The translations under genes were made by a program, and so were the position numbers. This document shows positions 9,378-19,134 of a stretch of 64,000 nt of DNA, piece by piece (within the stretch, counting starts at the first letter, position 1; the number at the start of each line of letters is the position of its first letter). The stretch spans positions 736,001 to 800,000 of the forward strand of contig CAVRQT010000002.1 in NCBI GenBank assembly GCA_963723515.1, written 5' to 3'. The DNA is from Vulcanimicrobiota bacterium (GTDB taxonomy: Bacteria; Vulcanimicrobiota; Vulcanimicrobiia; Vulcanimicrobiales; Vulcanimicrobiaceae). Below the pieces are notes generated by a model that was given only the letters and a program-made list of their open reading frames with translations, had not been told where the DNA came from and did not search any database.

Positions 9378-10741
9378 ACGCCGTGTTGGTGATTGGAGCG
9401 GGCCGCACGGGACAGGCCTGCGCGGAAATTTTGGGTGCTCGCGGCGTGCGCGTCTTCGTGACCGATGAAGAAGCCCCGAAAAAATTGGAGCGCGCAATCG
9501 CCACAATTCGCTCCGCGGGCGCCGAATTTGTTCCAGCCCAACAGGTTCAGGCGTTGCTGCCGGAGGTCCACCGTGCGGTTCTCTCACCGGGCGTTCCGCT
9601 GCAGGGTGCGTTCGCGCAACGTATCGCTGCCAGCGTGCCTGTTGTAAGCGAAATCGAACTCGCGTACGAGTTGTCCAAGGCGCCGATCATCGCCGTGACG
9701 GGAACGAAGGGAAAATCGACCACGACGGCGCTGATTGCGCACCTTTTGCGGTGCGCCGGCAATTCGGTTCGCGTCGGCGGCAACATCGGGAATCCGCTCG
9801 TGCGCGAAGCCTCCGCTGCGACGAGCGGCGACTGGCTCGTTGCTGAAGTTTCCTCGTTCCAATTGGAGACGATCCGAGCGTTCAAGCCTCGCATCGCCGT
9901 CCTGCTGAACATTTCCGACGATCACTTGGACCGCTATCCGTCGCTTGAAGACTACGCACGCGCGAAATATCGGGTCTTTGAGAACCAAGACGCGGACGAC
10001 GTCTTCGTCGGGAATCGTGATGATACGCGCGCTGCCGGCGCAGCGCAAACCATTCGGGCGAAACAACTCTGGTTCACGATGCGAAGCCCGGCTTCCGATG
10101 CCGCTGCCTTCGTGCGAGATCAGGCGCTGTGGTATCGGCCCCTAAAGGCGCCGCCGGAACGCATAATCGACCGCTCGGACATCGCATTGCCAGGCGAGCA
10201 CAATCTGCAAAATGTCTTAGCGGCAATGCTGGTGGCGGTTGCTTCAGGTGCTACTCCGCAATCCATCCGGGAAAGCATACCGTCGTTCGAACCGATGGAG
10301 CACCGCCTCGAAACGATCGGTGAAATCGGCGGCGTGCGGTACGTTGACGACTCCAAAGCGACAAACCCCGCCGCTGTTATCGCGGCGCTTAGCGCGTTCA
10401 AATCTCCCATCGTGTTGATTGCTGGAGGCAAATCGAAAGGCGCGGATCTTTCGGAGCTTGGCCAGATGATCCGCAAGCGCGTCAAGGCGCTCATTCTGCT
10501 TGGCGAATCCGCCGATACGCTGGCGCGGGCGAGCAGCCCGACGCCGTCGACATGCGCTTCGACGATCGAAGAAGCTGTTCAGCTCGCGCGTGAGCGTGCA
10601 GTCGCCGATGACGTCGTGTTGCTTTCACCTGCTGCGGCTTCATTTGACATGTTCGCTTCCGCTGAAGAGCGCGGCGATCGCTTCGCCGCGGCGGTCCGTA
10701 ATCTCGAACGTGAAGGCATGCGGGAAACGGCCGATGCGTAG
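9374..10741 (+). CDS. murD: UDP-MurNAc-L-Ala:D-Glu ligase MurD
   Basis: SPGVP, GTKGKSTTT, GGNIG, EVSSFQL, DHLDRY, HRLE, DDSKATN, LSPAAASFD. Confidence 0.97.
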   Translation: MNAVLVIGAGRTGQACAEILGARGVRVFVTDEEAPKKLERAIATIRSAGAEFVPAQQVQALLPEVHRAVLSPGVPLQGAFAQRIAASVPVVSEIELAYELSKAPIIAVTGTKGKSTTTALIAHLLRCAGNSVRVGGNIGNPLVREASAATSGDWLVAEVSSFQLETIRAFKPRIAVLLNISDDHLDRYPSLEDYARAKYRVFENQDADDVFVGNRDDTRAAGAAQTIRAKQLWFTMRSPASDAAAFVRDQALWYRPLKAPPERIIDRSDIALPGEHNLQNVLAAMLVAVASGATPQSIRESIPSFEPMEHRLETIGEIGGVRYVDDSKATNPAAVIAALSAFKSPIVLIAGGKSKGADLSELGQMIRKRVKALILLGESADTLARASSPTPSTCASTIEEAVQLARERAVADDVVLLSPAAASFDMFASAEERGDRFAAAVRNLEREGMRETADA

Positions 10742-11888
10742 CGCCGCGGCGCTCGAAGATCGGCGCTCGCCGGCGATCCGTTCCTTCATTACTGCGCCCC
10801 CTGACGCGGTGTTGATCTCATCGATCGCGATCTTGGTCGGCATCGGACTCGTGATGATCTTCAGCGCTTCAAGCGCGCTCGCGTTCGCCGTTCATCATGA
10901 CGCGACGTACTACCTCAAACGCCAGGCTCTCTGGCTCGCAGTCGCGCTCGCTTTGGCATATGCGGCTTACCGTCTCGACTACAACAAACTGAAGGCAGTC
11001 TCGCCGTTGCTCTTCATTTTGAGCGTCATCAGTTTGCTCGCCGTGCTCGTTCCGCATGTCGGCATCGTTGTCAATACGTCACGGCGCTGGCTGGGTGCCG
11101 GCTCGCTTGCGGTGCAGCCTTCTGAATTTGCGAAGCTTGCGCTCGTACTGTTCTTGGCGGCGAAACTGAGCTCGCGCGGCGAGCGCATTACGTCGCTCGT
11201 GCGCGGTGTCGGGCCGCTTTGCATCGCCATCGCGATTGTCGTCATGCTGGTGCTCAAAGAGCCGGATATGGGAACGGCCAGCTTGCTCGCAATCGTCGCG
11301 TTCACGATGCTCTTTGCCGCCGGCGCGCGGATCGATCATCTGATCCTGATTTTGGTCTCGACGGTGCCCATCGTCGCCCTGGAACTACTGGCCGATCCAT
11401 ACAAGCGTGCGCGCGCGCTTGCGTTCTTGAATCCGTGGAAGGATCCGCAGAATACCGGCTTCCACATCGTGCAGTCACTGCTTGCGCTCGGCAGCGGCGG
11501 CATCTTCGGCGTGGGTCTAGGCGCTTCGCGCGCCAAGTTTTTCTATTTGCCCGAGCAGTACACGGATTTCATTTACGCCGTTCTGGGCGAGGAGCTGGGG
11601 TTGATCGGCGCCGTCGGTGTCATTCTGCTCTTCATCATCTTCGCGCATCGCGCAATTCGGATTGCACTCAGTGCTCCCGATCGCTTCGGATTCTTTCTCA
11701 CGATCGGCTGCACCGCGTTGATCGTTTTCCAAGCGCTGCTCAACATTGGAGTCGTTACATCGTCATGGCCCGTCACCGGAGTTCCGTTGCCGTTCATCTC
11801 GTTCGGCGGCAGTTCGCTGGTGGTGTGTCTCGTCGCGGTCGCGCTCATTCTGAACGTCGGACGAGCGCGCCGCGTCGGCGCGCGGTGA
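10734..11888 (+). CDS. ftsW: SEDS family peptidoglycan polymerase FtsW
   Basis: RRWL, QPSEFAK, EPDMG, YLPEQYTDFI, PVTGVPLPFISFGGSS. Confidence 0.96.
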   Translation: MRSAAALEDRRSPAIRSFITAPPDAVLISSIAILVGIGLVMIFSASSALAFAVHHDATYYLKRQALWLAVALALAYAAYRLDYNKLKAVSPLLFILSVISLLAVLVPHVGIVVNTSRRWLGAGSLAVQPSEFAKLALVLFLAAKLSSRGERITSLVRGVGPLCIAIAIVVMLVLKEPDMGTASLLAIVAFTMLFAAGARIDHLILILVSTVPIVALELLADPYKRARALAFLNPWKDPQNTGFHIVQSLLALGSGGIFGVGLGASRAKFFYLPEQYTDFIYAVLGEELGLIGAVGVILLFIIFAHRAIRIALSAPDRFGFFLTIGCTALIVFQALLNIGVVTSSWPVTGVPLPFISFGGSSLVVCLVAVALILNVGRARRVGAR

Positions 11889-13006
11889 GGGTGACGTTTG
11901 CCGGCGGCGGTACGGGCGGACACCTCTATCCGGCAATCGCGATCGCCGACGCCCTCGCGGAAAAAGGAAAGTTACGCGCGCAGCCGGTTGACATAGGATT
12001 TTTCGGCGCCCGAGATCGTCTTGAAGCGCAAATCGTGCCGGCGGCCGGCTACAAATTGCACTTCGTGCCCTCATCACCGCTTGGAAAGCGTAGACCGCTC
12101 GATTTTGTATCCGCAGCGTTGCTCAATGGCGCCGGCACTTTCGCAGCGATTGCACTATTGCTCAAAGAGCGGCCGGTTCTCGTGGTTGCGACCGGAGGAT
12201 ACGTTTGCTTCCCGGTTGTGATGGCGGCGCGTCTCTTACGCACGTTGCGACTGCTTGCAAGCCCCATCGTTCTTTTGGAAATCAACGTGCGGCCGGGTCT
12301 CACGAATCGCACGCTGGCGCCGGCCGTCGATGAAGTTTGGGGCGCCTTCGACGATGAGCCACGCGAATTTGCCGGCCGATATCATGTGACCGGTGTGCCG
12401 GTGCGCGCGTCATTGCGGCAGTTGCCGCAGCGCGACTCGGCAGCACGACGTCTCGGTTTGGATCCGCTGAAGCGTACGTTGCTTGTCATGGGCGGCAGTC
12501 AAGGTGCGCGCTCGATCAATGACGCGCTGTTGGGGTTGCTCGCAAGTGAAGGCGTGCCGAGTGGATGGCAGGTGCTGCACCTTACGGGTGAAGCCGACTT
12601 TCGGCGCGTCGCAACCGCGTATCAAACACTTTCCGTAGCCGCAAAGACGATTGCGTTCCTAGCGGATCCGGCAGATGCGTATGCGTGCGCGGACCTCGTG
12701 CTAGCGCGCGCGGGGGCGGCGACGCTTGCCGAACTCGCAGCCGTAGGCTTGCCCGCGATCCTCGTTCCCTATCCGCACGCGAGCGAGGATCACCAGCGGA
12801 TCAATGCGCGACGCTTTGAGTCCGCAGGAGCGGCGAAAATCATCGAAGACCGTGCTTTGGATGGCGGCACGTTGCATCAAACCTTGACGAGCGTTCTCGA
12901 TCCGACGAGCTTGGAGCGGATGGCGCAAGCGGCCAGGCGGCTGAGCAAGCCCGACGCGTTAGATGCGATACTGGGTCGCGTTCACGAACTCACGGGTGCG
13001 CTTTGA
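11885..13006 (+). CDS. murG: lipid II GlcNAc transferase MurG
   Basis: GGGTGGHLYP, TGGYV, GGSQGA, RAGAATLAE, HQRINA; GTG start in a GTGA overlap. Confidence 0.96.
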   Translation: MRVTFAGGGTGGHLYPAIAIADALAEKGKLRAQPVDIGFFGARDRLEAQIVPAAGYKLHFVPSSPLGKRRPLDFVSAALLNGAGTFAAIALLLKERPVLVVATGGYVCFPVVMAARLLRTLRLLASPIVLLEINVRPGLTNRTLAPAVDEVWGAFDDEPREFAGRYHVTGVPVRASLRQLPQRDSAARRLGLDPLKRTLLVMGGSQGARSINDALLGLLASEGVPSGWQVLHLTGEADFRRVATAYQTLSVAAKTIAFLADPADAYACADLVLARAGAATLAELAAVGLPAILVPYPHASEDHQRINARRFESAGAAKIIEDRALDGGTLHQTLTSVLDPTSLERMAQAARRLSKPDALDAILGRVHELTGAL

Positions 13007-13028
13007 AGGCAGTCCGAAGAAGGCGCGC

Positions 13029-14408
13029 GTGAAAGGGGCGCTTCACTTCGTCGGAATCGGTGGTATCGGTATGAGCGCTATCGCGCGTATTCTGATGACG
13101 CGCGGCGACCGCATCAGCGGCTCCGATCTCCACGAGAGCCATCTCACGGAGCAATTACGTGGCGATGGCGCACACATCACGATCGGACACCGTGCGCGAA
13201 ACGTTGACGGGGCGCGCGCCGTCGTCATTAGTTCCGCGATTGGGCCGACGAATTGCGAATTTGTTGCCGCGAGCGAACGCGGGCTTGCGATCTACCGGCG
13301 TGGCGAAATGCTGGCACAACTGATGCGCGGTCGCCGCGGCATCGCAGTCGCGGGAACGCATGGCAAAACGACGACCACGGCGATGATTGCGTCGATCCTG
13401 AGCGGCGCGGGCCTCGATCCAACGGTGCTCATCGGTGGTGAAGCGATCGAGTGGGGCAGCAATGCACGCGATGGAAGCGGCGATTGGTTTCTTACGGAAG
13501 CCGATGAGTCGGACGGCTCGTTCATGGAGCTCGTTCCGGAAGTTGCGCTCGTCACAAATATTGAGAACGACCACATCGCCAGCGATGAAGAGCTGCCGCG
13601 CCTGCGCAGCGCTTTCGCCGGCTTCCTGCGTCGTTTGCCGGCGAACGGCGTGGCCGTTATCGGTGTCGATAATCCGGAAAGCGCGGCGCTCGCACGGTTG
13701 TCTCGCGTGGCACGAACGTTGACGTTCGGTTTATCGGAGCGCGCCGACATCCATGCGAAGAACGTGCGATACGAGCGCTTCGGATCGGCCTTCGATGCCG
13801 TGGCGGGCAAGAAGCGGATCGGCAGCGTGCAGTTGCGCGTTCCGGGAGAGATCAACATCTTGAACGCTCTGGGTGCGATCGCGATCGCGCAAACGCTCGA
13901 TGTTCCCATCTCCAAGACTGCCGCCGCGCTTTCTCGTTTTTCCGGCGTGCGCCGGCGTTTCGAGGTTCTCGCGCGCACGCCAAAGCTCACCATTGTCGAT
14001 GACTACGCGCACCACCCTACGGAGGTCAAGGCGACGATCGCGGCGGCACGCGCCTACCACCACGGGGAGCTGATCGTCGCATTCCAGCCGCATCGTTATA
14101 CGCGCACCGCGTACCTAGCGCATGATTTTGCGGATGCGCTCCGTGGAGCGCAGGCCGTTTTTCTCGTGCCGGTTTATGCCGCTTCCGAAATGCCGATTGA
14201 CGGGGTGAGCGAACGGTCGATCGGCGAACCGCTGCGGGCCGACGGCGCCGAAGTGCATTACGTTTTGGATCTCGACCAACTTCCACAGCGCATTTTAGAG
14301 CGTGCGTCACCCGGTTCGCTGGTGTTGATGCTTGGCGCGGGTGATATCACCGAGTATGCTGCAATGCTTGCCGGGCAGCTTCAAGAACGCACGCCGGTCA
14401 TCGCGTAG
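13029..14408 (+). CDS. murC: UDP-MurNAc:L-Ala ligase MurC
   Basis: HFVGIGGIGMS, AGTHGKTTTT, EADESDGSF, DDYAHHPTE, FQPHRYTR. Confidence 0.97.
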   Translation: MKGALHFVGIGGIGMSAIARILMTRGDRISGSDLHESHLTEQLRGDGAHITIGHRARNVDGARAVVISSAIGPTNCEFVAASERGLAIYRRGEMLAQLMRGRRGIAVAGTHGKTTTTAMIASILSGAGLDPTVLIGGEAIEWGSNARDGSGDWFLTEADESDGSFMELVPEVALVTNIENDHIASDEELPRLRSAFAGFLRRLPANGVAVIGVDNPESAALARLSRVARTLTFGLSERADIHAKNVRYERFGSAFDAVAGKKRIGSVQLRVPGEINILNALGAIAIAQTLDVPISKTAAALSRFSGVRRRFEVLARTPKLTIVDDYAHHPTEVKATIAAARAYHHGELIVAFQPHRYTRTAYLAHDFADALRGAQAVFLVPVYAASEMPIDGVSERSIGEPLRADGAEVHYVLDLDQLPQRILERASPGSLVLMLGAGDITEYAAMLAGQLQERTPVIA

Positions 14409-15358
14409 TGGCGATCGTGATGCAGCGCAGCCTGCTCTCCGATCGCGATCGCTCAGAACTTCGTGCTGTTTGCGGTGATTTCGTACGCTTCGATGAGCCG
14501 CTTGCGCCATACACGTCGTGGAAGATCGGCGGCCCTGCCGACGCGTGGATTCTCTGCGAGAGTGAAGCGCAAGTTGCGGAGGTGATGCGTTTCTGTCTGC
14601 GCCGCCGTCTGCCGTGGTTTGTTTTAGGCAGCGGTTCGAATCTGTTGATCGGTGATGGTGGCATTCGTGGCCTCGCCTTGCGTCTGGCAGGCGATTTTCT
14701 CTCGATCGACGCCGCCGCAACAGACGATGAAGTGGTCGTTGAAGCCGGTGCATCGGCTACGATGGCATTAATGACGGCAAAAGCCGCCTCGCACGGCGCG
14801 ATCGGCATCGACTCGCTCGTCGGCATTCCCGGAACGGTCGGCGGATCGCTGCGAATGAACGCCGGCACCGATCGTGAGATCGGCGAATTCGTCCGCAACG
14901 TTTGGGTGCAGTCGGTCTCGAAGCCGGAGCCGAGCGGCGTCAGCGTGCAGTATTACTATCGCCACACGTCGCTCGCCCGGGACGCAATCGTTTCGCGCGT
15001 GACGCTCGCATTTGAGCGCGGCGATCCCAAAGTCGTGCGTGAACAAGCGCAACGCCGGCTCGTACGCCGCAAAGAGACGCAGCCGATCGCCTTACCCAAC
15101 GCCGGATCGTGTTTTCGCAACCCACCCGATGATAAAGCGGCGCGGCTCATTGAAGCCGTCGGTGCGAAAGGCTGGCGTGAAGGCAATGCAGAGGTCTCGC
15201 CGCTACACGCCAACTTCATCAACAATCTCGGGGGTGCGCGCGCAAGTGACGTCGCGTCACTTTTGACGCGCGTGCGCCGCGCGGTGCACGAGCGGTTCGG
15301 AGTCGAGCTTCAGCTCGAGGTGCACCTCGTCGGAGTTTTTACGGCCGAAGATGGCTAG
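14408..15358 (+). CDS. murB: UDP-N-acetylenolpyruvoylglucosamine reductase MurB
   Basis: IGGPAD, GSGSNLL, GIPGTVGG..MNAG, NAGSCFRNP, HANFINN; start may be 14420. Confidence 0.96.
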   Translation: MAIVMQRSLLSDRDRSELRAVCGDFVRFDEPLAPYTSWKIGGPADAWILCESEAQVAEVMRFCLRRRLPWFVLGSGSNLLIGDGGIRGLALRLAGDFLSIDAAATDDEVVVEAGASATMALMTAKAASHGAIGIDSLVGIPGTVGGSLRMNAGTDREIGEFVRNVWVQSVSKPEPSGVSVQYYYRHTSLARDAIVSRVTLAFERGDPKVVREQAQRRLVRRKETQPIALPNAGSCFRNPPDDKAARLIEAVGAKGWREGNAEVSPLHANFINNLGGARASDVASLLTRVRRAVHERFGVELQLEVHLVGVFTAEDG

Positions 15359-16292
15359 CCGTCCCAAAGTCGCCGTCGTCATGGGGGGACCGAGCTGGGA
15401 GCGCGAGATTTCAATCGCATCCGGTTCGGAAGTGATGCGCGCGTTGCAGAACCTCGGTTACGAAGCCAAATCGCTCGATTACGATGCGCGCTTCGTCGAT
15501 GCGATCCGTAAGCTGGCGCCCGATGTCGTCTTCAACGCGTTACATGGGCCCGGCGGCGAAGACGGCCAGATTCAGGCCGTGCTCGACTGGCTTGGGATCC
15601 CGTATACGGGCAGCGCGATGCAAGCCGCGGCGGTTTCGATCGACAAACATCTGACGAAAAAATTGCTTGCCGCCGAAGGTCTGCCAACGCCCGTTTGGGA
15701 TCTCTTCGATCTTTCCGGCGGCACATTGCCGCTCTTACCGGGCGCCCTCAATTTGCCGCTGGTGGTCAAGCCGCGCTATGAGGGTTCAAGCGCCGGCGTT
15801 TCAATCGTGCGTTCGCACGAGCAGTGGAGCGCCGCAATGATCGATACCGCAAAAGAATTCGCTCAGGTGATTGCTGAGGAATTTGTGGGCGGACGGGAGT
15901 TTTCGTGCGGTGTCTTGGGTGAGGAAGCTTTGCCGGTTGCCGAAATCATTCCGACCCAAGACGAATTTTACAATTTCAACGCCAAATACCGGCCCGGAGC
16001 AAGCCGCCACCTGATCCCGGCGCCGATTGACGACGATCTTGCCTCGCGTTTGCAGATGCTCGCGCTTTCCGTGCATCGCATGATTGGGCTGCGGGACTAC
16101 TCCCGAACCGATTTCATCGTGACCGATGAAGGGCGACCTTATATCCTCGAAACGAATGCGCTTCCCGGCTTCACGCCGACGAGCATCATCCCTGATGAAT
16201 GCCGCATGATCGGCATGTCGTTCGAAATGCTGGTCGAGCGATTGATCGAGTTCGCGATGCAGCGCACCGAAGCGCAAGCCGTCGCCGGCTAG
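15351..16292 (+). CDS. ddl: D-alanine--D-alanine ligase
   Basis: GGPSWEREIS, LHGPGGEDG, PYTGS, GSSAG, AKY, ETNALPG. Confidence 0.96.
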   Translation: MASRPKVAVVMGGPSWEREISIASGSEVMRALQNLGYEAKSLDYDARFVDAIRKLAPDVVFNALHGPGGEDGQIQAVLDWLGIPYTGSAMQAAAVSIDKHLTKKLLAAEGLPTPVWDLFDLSGGTLPLLPGALNLPLVVKPRYEGSSAGVSIVRSHEQWSAAMIDTAKEFAQVIAEEFVGGREFSCGVLGEEALPVAEIIPTQDEFYNFNAKYRPGASRHLIPAPIDDDLASRLQMLALSVHRMIGLRDYSRTDFIVTDEGRPYILETNALPGFTPTSIIPDECRMIGMSFEMLVERLIEFAMQRTEAQAVAG

Positions 16293-16305
16293 CGACGTTA
16301 CGGCC

Positions 16306-16356
16306 CTGTCACCCTGAGCTCAGCCTGTCCTGAGCAACGTCGAAGGGTCGAAGGGC
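16306..16356 (+). repeat. REP-like palindrome, self-nested copy
   Basis: CTGTCACCCTGAGC-TCA-[GCCTGTCCTGAGCAACGTCGAAGG]-GTCGAAGGGC. Confidence 0.85.
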
Positions 16357-16580
16357 AACTGTAATCATGGCGTCGGGCCTCTATAAAATGCGATAAATGC
16401 GCCCAATAGCGAGAGCAGCATGCCGGCAGTCCACCATATGTGCTGCAAACAATATTTCGCTGGCACGCGAAGACCGCGATCCACGAAATAGTTTAAAGCC
16501 AACCACCGTCGATGCGGCACCGTCAAGTATAACGATGACGCCGACCATTATTTGAAGGAATACCTTCGAGATTACGATGG

Positions 16581-16630
16581 CGCTTCGACCCTTCGACGTT
16601 GCTCAGGACAGGCTGAGCTCAGCGTGACAG
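16581..16630 (-). repeat. REP-like palindrome, inverted partner of 16306-16356
   Basis: Near-exact reverse complement with a compensatory CCC/GGG to CGC/GCG change; followed by partial copies to about 16664. Confidence 0.85.
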
Positions 16631-16658
16631 ACACAAGCTCAGGGCAGACATAGACAAC

Positions 16659-17090
16659 TCAGCGTCGCACGTTAGGAAACATCTCCGCGTCGTCTGCTTC
16701 TAACACATCCACAAGATAATGTAGCTCCGGCCTACGCTCGACGACCGGATAGCGTTTCGCGAAGGCCTCGCGATCGGCGACGTCATCGAGTGAGCGTTTC
16801 GTAATGTAAGACGTGAAGTCGGCGTAGGCGGAAGTGTTTGCATTCTGGCGCAGCCATGCGACGACGTCGTCCTCGGTTTCGGCTTTTGAGACGGCATCAC
16901 GAAGTTTGTCTTCCGTAACGCCGATCGCATCGAGCATTCGCTGGCTGAACCCTTGGATGCGATACGGTCCGAGATTGCCGCCGGGCAAGGTCGCGCGAAT
17001 TTTGTCGATCGTGCGCGGCAACATCGCGAGTCCGTCGAGTTGCAGTTTCGGGCTGCGTGGCGGTCCTTGCGAAAGATCTAACGGTTGCAT
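16659..17090 (-). CDS. DUF5069-like protein
   Basis: DLSQGPPRSP...LPRTIDKIRA...LGPY N-terminal pattern. Confidence 0.7.
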   Translation of the reverse strand: MQPLDLSQGPPRSPKLQLDGLAMLPRTIDKIRATLPGGNLGPYRIQGFSQRMLDAIGVTEDKLRDAVSKAETEDDVVAWLRQNANTSAYADFTSYITKRSLDDVADREAFAKRYPVVERRPELHYLVDVLEADDAEMFPNVRR

Positions 17091-17205
17091 TCAGCGGCCC
17101 TTTCCCGAGAATTTCGGAGCGCAACAAGCGCTGAATACTAATGAAAGAACGACCCGGAGGCGGCCTGCATGGAAAACGCCTCTAAGCCGGAAAGGTGGCC
17201 TTCCC

Positions 17206-18396
17206 ATGTCTACCGGATCAACGCCGGCCGGTACCGTCGTGAACCGTGGCCTTGAAGGCGTCGTCGTTGGAACGACCGACCTGAGCAACGTCGAGGGTCA
17301 GCTCGGGCGGCTGACTTACCGCGGCTACGACATCGACGATTTAGCACCCAATGCGTGTTTCGAAGAGATCTGTCATCTCTTCTTGTATGGCCGGCTTCCG
17401 ACGAAGAGCGAACTGAGCGAGTTGCAAAAGGAGCTCGCCACGCATCGCATGCTGCCGGAGCCGCTCGTCACCGCTATGGAGCGCGTTCCCGCCACGGCAT
17501 GGCCGATGGATGTGCTGCGGACGATCACCTCGGGCCTCGCGCTCTTCTCGCCCGTAAACCCAACGGGCGAGCACGTCTCAGATGTGCACACCGCAATCGA
17601 GCTCATCGCCAAAATGACGACGATAGTTGCCGCCTTCGATCGCGTGCGTCGCGGCCTGGCGCCGATTGAACCGCGTCACGACCTCTCGCACGCGAGCAAC
17701 TTCCTTTATATGCGCACGGGAGAGGAGCCGACCGACACTGAGGCAGACGCGCTCGATACGTATTTTGTGCTGCTCGCCGACCACTCGTTCAATGCGTCAA
17801 CGTTTGCGGCGCGCGTGACCGCGTCGACAAGAGCCGACATGTACGCGGCTGTCACTGCTGCGCTCGCAACGCTTGAGGGCGAATTGCACGGCGGTGCGCC
17901 CAGTGCGGTTATGAAAATGATCCTCGAAGTCGGTCAGCCGAAGCGAAGCGAAACCTACGTGCGCGAAGTGCTCGCGCGCGGGGCTCGGATCATGGGTATG
18001 GGGCACCGGGAGTATAAAGTACGCGATCCGCGCGCTAAGCATTTGGAGAAAATGGCGAAGCAGCTTGGCGCCGCGAGAGATGCGCGTTGGTATGCGATCG
18101 CCCGCGCGCTCGAGGATGCCTCTCAAAAGGTGCTGCAAGAACAGAAGCCGGATCGCAAAATCTTTGCAAATGTCGAGTTCTACACCGCTCCGACACTGGC
18201 GTCGCTCGGCATTCCCGCCGATGAGTTCACCTGTCTGTTTGCGTGTGGACGCATCGCCGGTTGGTCGGCACACGTTCTGGAGCAGCTCGCCGACAATCGA
18301 TTGATTCGGCCGCAAGCATCGTATACCGGTCCGAAGGTTCACGAGTTCGTGCCCATCGAGCTGCGCTCGAATGGGCAATCCGAAAAGCCTGCCTGA
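17206..18396 (+). CDS. citrate synthase (or methylcitrate synthase)
   Basis: GLEGVV, LTYRGY, DHSFNASTF, LHGGA, MGMGHREYK.RDPR, NVEFY, RLIRP. Confidence 0.95.
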   Translation: MSTGSTPAGTVVNRGLEGVVVGTTDLSNVEGQLGRLTYRGYDIDDLAPNACFEEICHLFLYGRLPTKSELSELQKELATHRMLPEPLVTAMERVPATAWPMDVLRTITSGLALFSPVNPTGEHVSDVHTAIELIAKMTTIVAAFDRVRRGLAPIEPRHDLSHASNFLYMRTGEEPTDTEADALDTYFVLLADHSFNASTFAARVTASTRADMYAAVTAALATLEGELHGGAPSAVMKMILEVGQPKRSETYVREVLARGARIMGMGHREYKVRDPRAKHLEKMAKQLGAARDARWYAIARALEDASQKVLQEQKPDRKIFANVEFYTAPTLASLGIPADEFTCLFACGRIAGWSAHVLEQLADNRLIRPQASYTGPKVHEFVPIELRSNGQSEKPA

Positions 18397-18400
18397 GTCG

Positions 18401-19120
18401 ATGCTCGTCATTCCGGCGATCGATTTGCACCGCGGCAAGTGCGTCAGCATGCGGCAAGGCGATCCGACGCGCGAAACGCAGTATGATGACGACGCCGTTG
18501 AACGCGCGCACAGCTACGTTGAAGCCGGTGCGCGGCGTTTGCAAGTGATCGATCTCGACGGGGCGCTTGGCTCCGGCGAAAACAAAGCGACGATCGCTTC
18601 GATCTGCAAAGCGGTCGACGTACCGGTCGAAACCGGCGGCGGCATTCGAAGTCTCGCCGATGCACAGCGGCATTTAGATGCCGGCGCCTCCTACGTGATT
18701 CTCGGGACCGTTCTCGTCGAGGATGAGCGCAGCGCTCGCAACATCATCGGCGCGCTGGGGCAAAAAGTGATTGCGGGCATCGATTCACGCGGTGAAAACG
18801 TCCGCATTCACGGGTGGCAAGCCGGCAGCGTCGTGCATCGTGATGCGTTGATCAAGCGCGTCGCCGGCTGGGGCGTTAGCCGGATCATGCACACCGAAAT
18901 CGGGCGCGACGGGACAGGTGAAGGCTACGATCTGGAGGCGCTCAAGACGATCGCACAGTTGGGCGACTTCAAAGTGACGGCGAGCGGTGGCGCAAAAACG
19001 ACCGATGATCTCCGCGCTCTTGCGGCTGCAATGCCGCCAAACGTTGACGCCTGCGTCATCGGGCGTGCGCTGCACGAAGGAACGATCGATTTGGCGGAAG
19101 CGATCAAAGCGGTCGCTTAA
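18401..19120 (+). CDS. hisA: HisA (ProFAR isomerase)
   Basis: VIPAIDL, DLDGA, GGGIRS, RDGT..G, ASGG, GRAL. Confidence 0.9.
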   Translation: MLVIPAIDLHRGKCVSMRQGDPTRETQYDDDAVERAHSYVEAGARRLQVIDLDGALGSGENKATIASICKAVDVPVETGGGIRSLADAQRHLDAGASYVILGTVLVEDERSARNIIGALGQKVIAGIDSRGENVRIHGWQAGSVVHRDALIKRVAGWGVSRIMHTEIGRDGTGEGYDLEALKTIAQLGDFKVTASGGAKTTDDLRALAAAMPPNVDACVIGRALHEGTIDLAEAIKAVA

Positions 19121-19134
19121 CAGGGACTACATCG

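Noticed and set aside
11219..11884. Long N-terminal extensions in the ORF track (murG 595 aa, ftsW, alr, citrate synthase, korB, TrmH)
   Set aside because: They overlap neighbouring genuine genes in other frames; homology starts at the downstream starts I used
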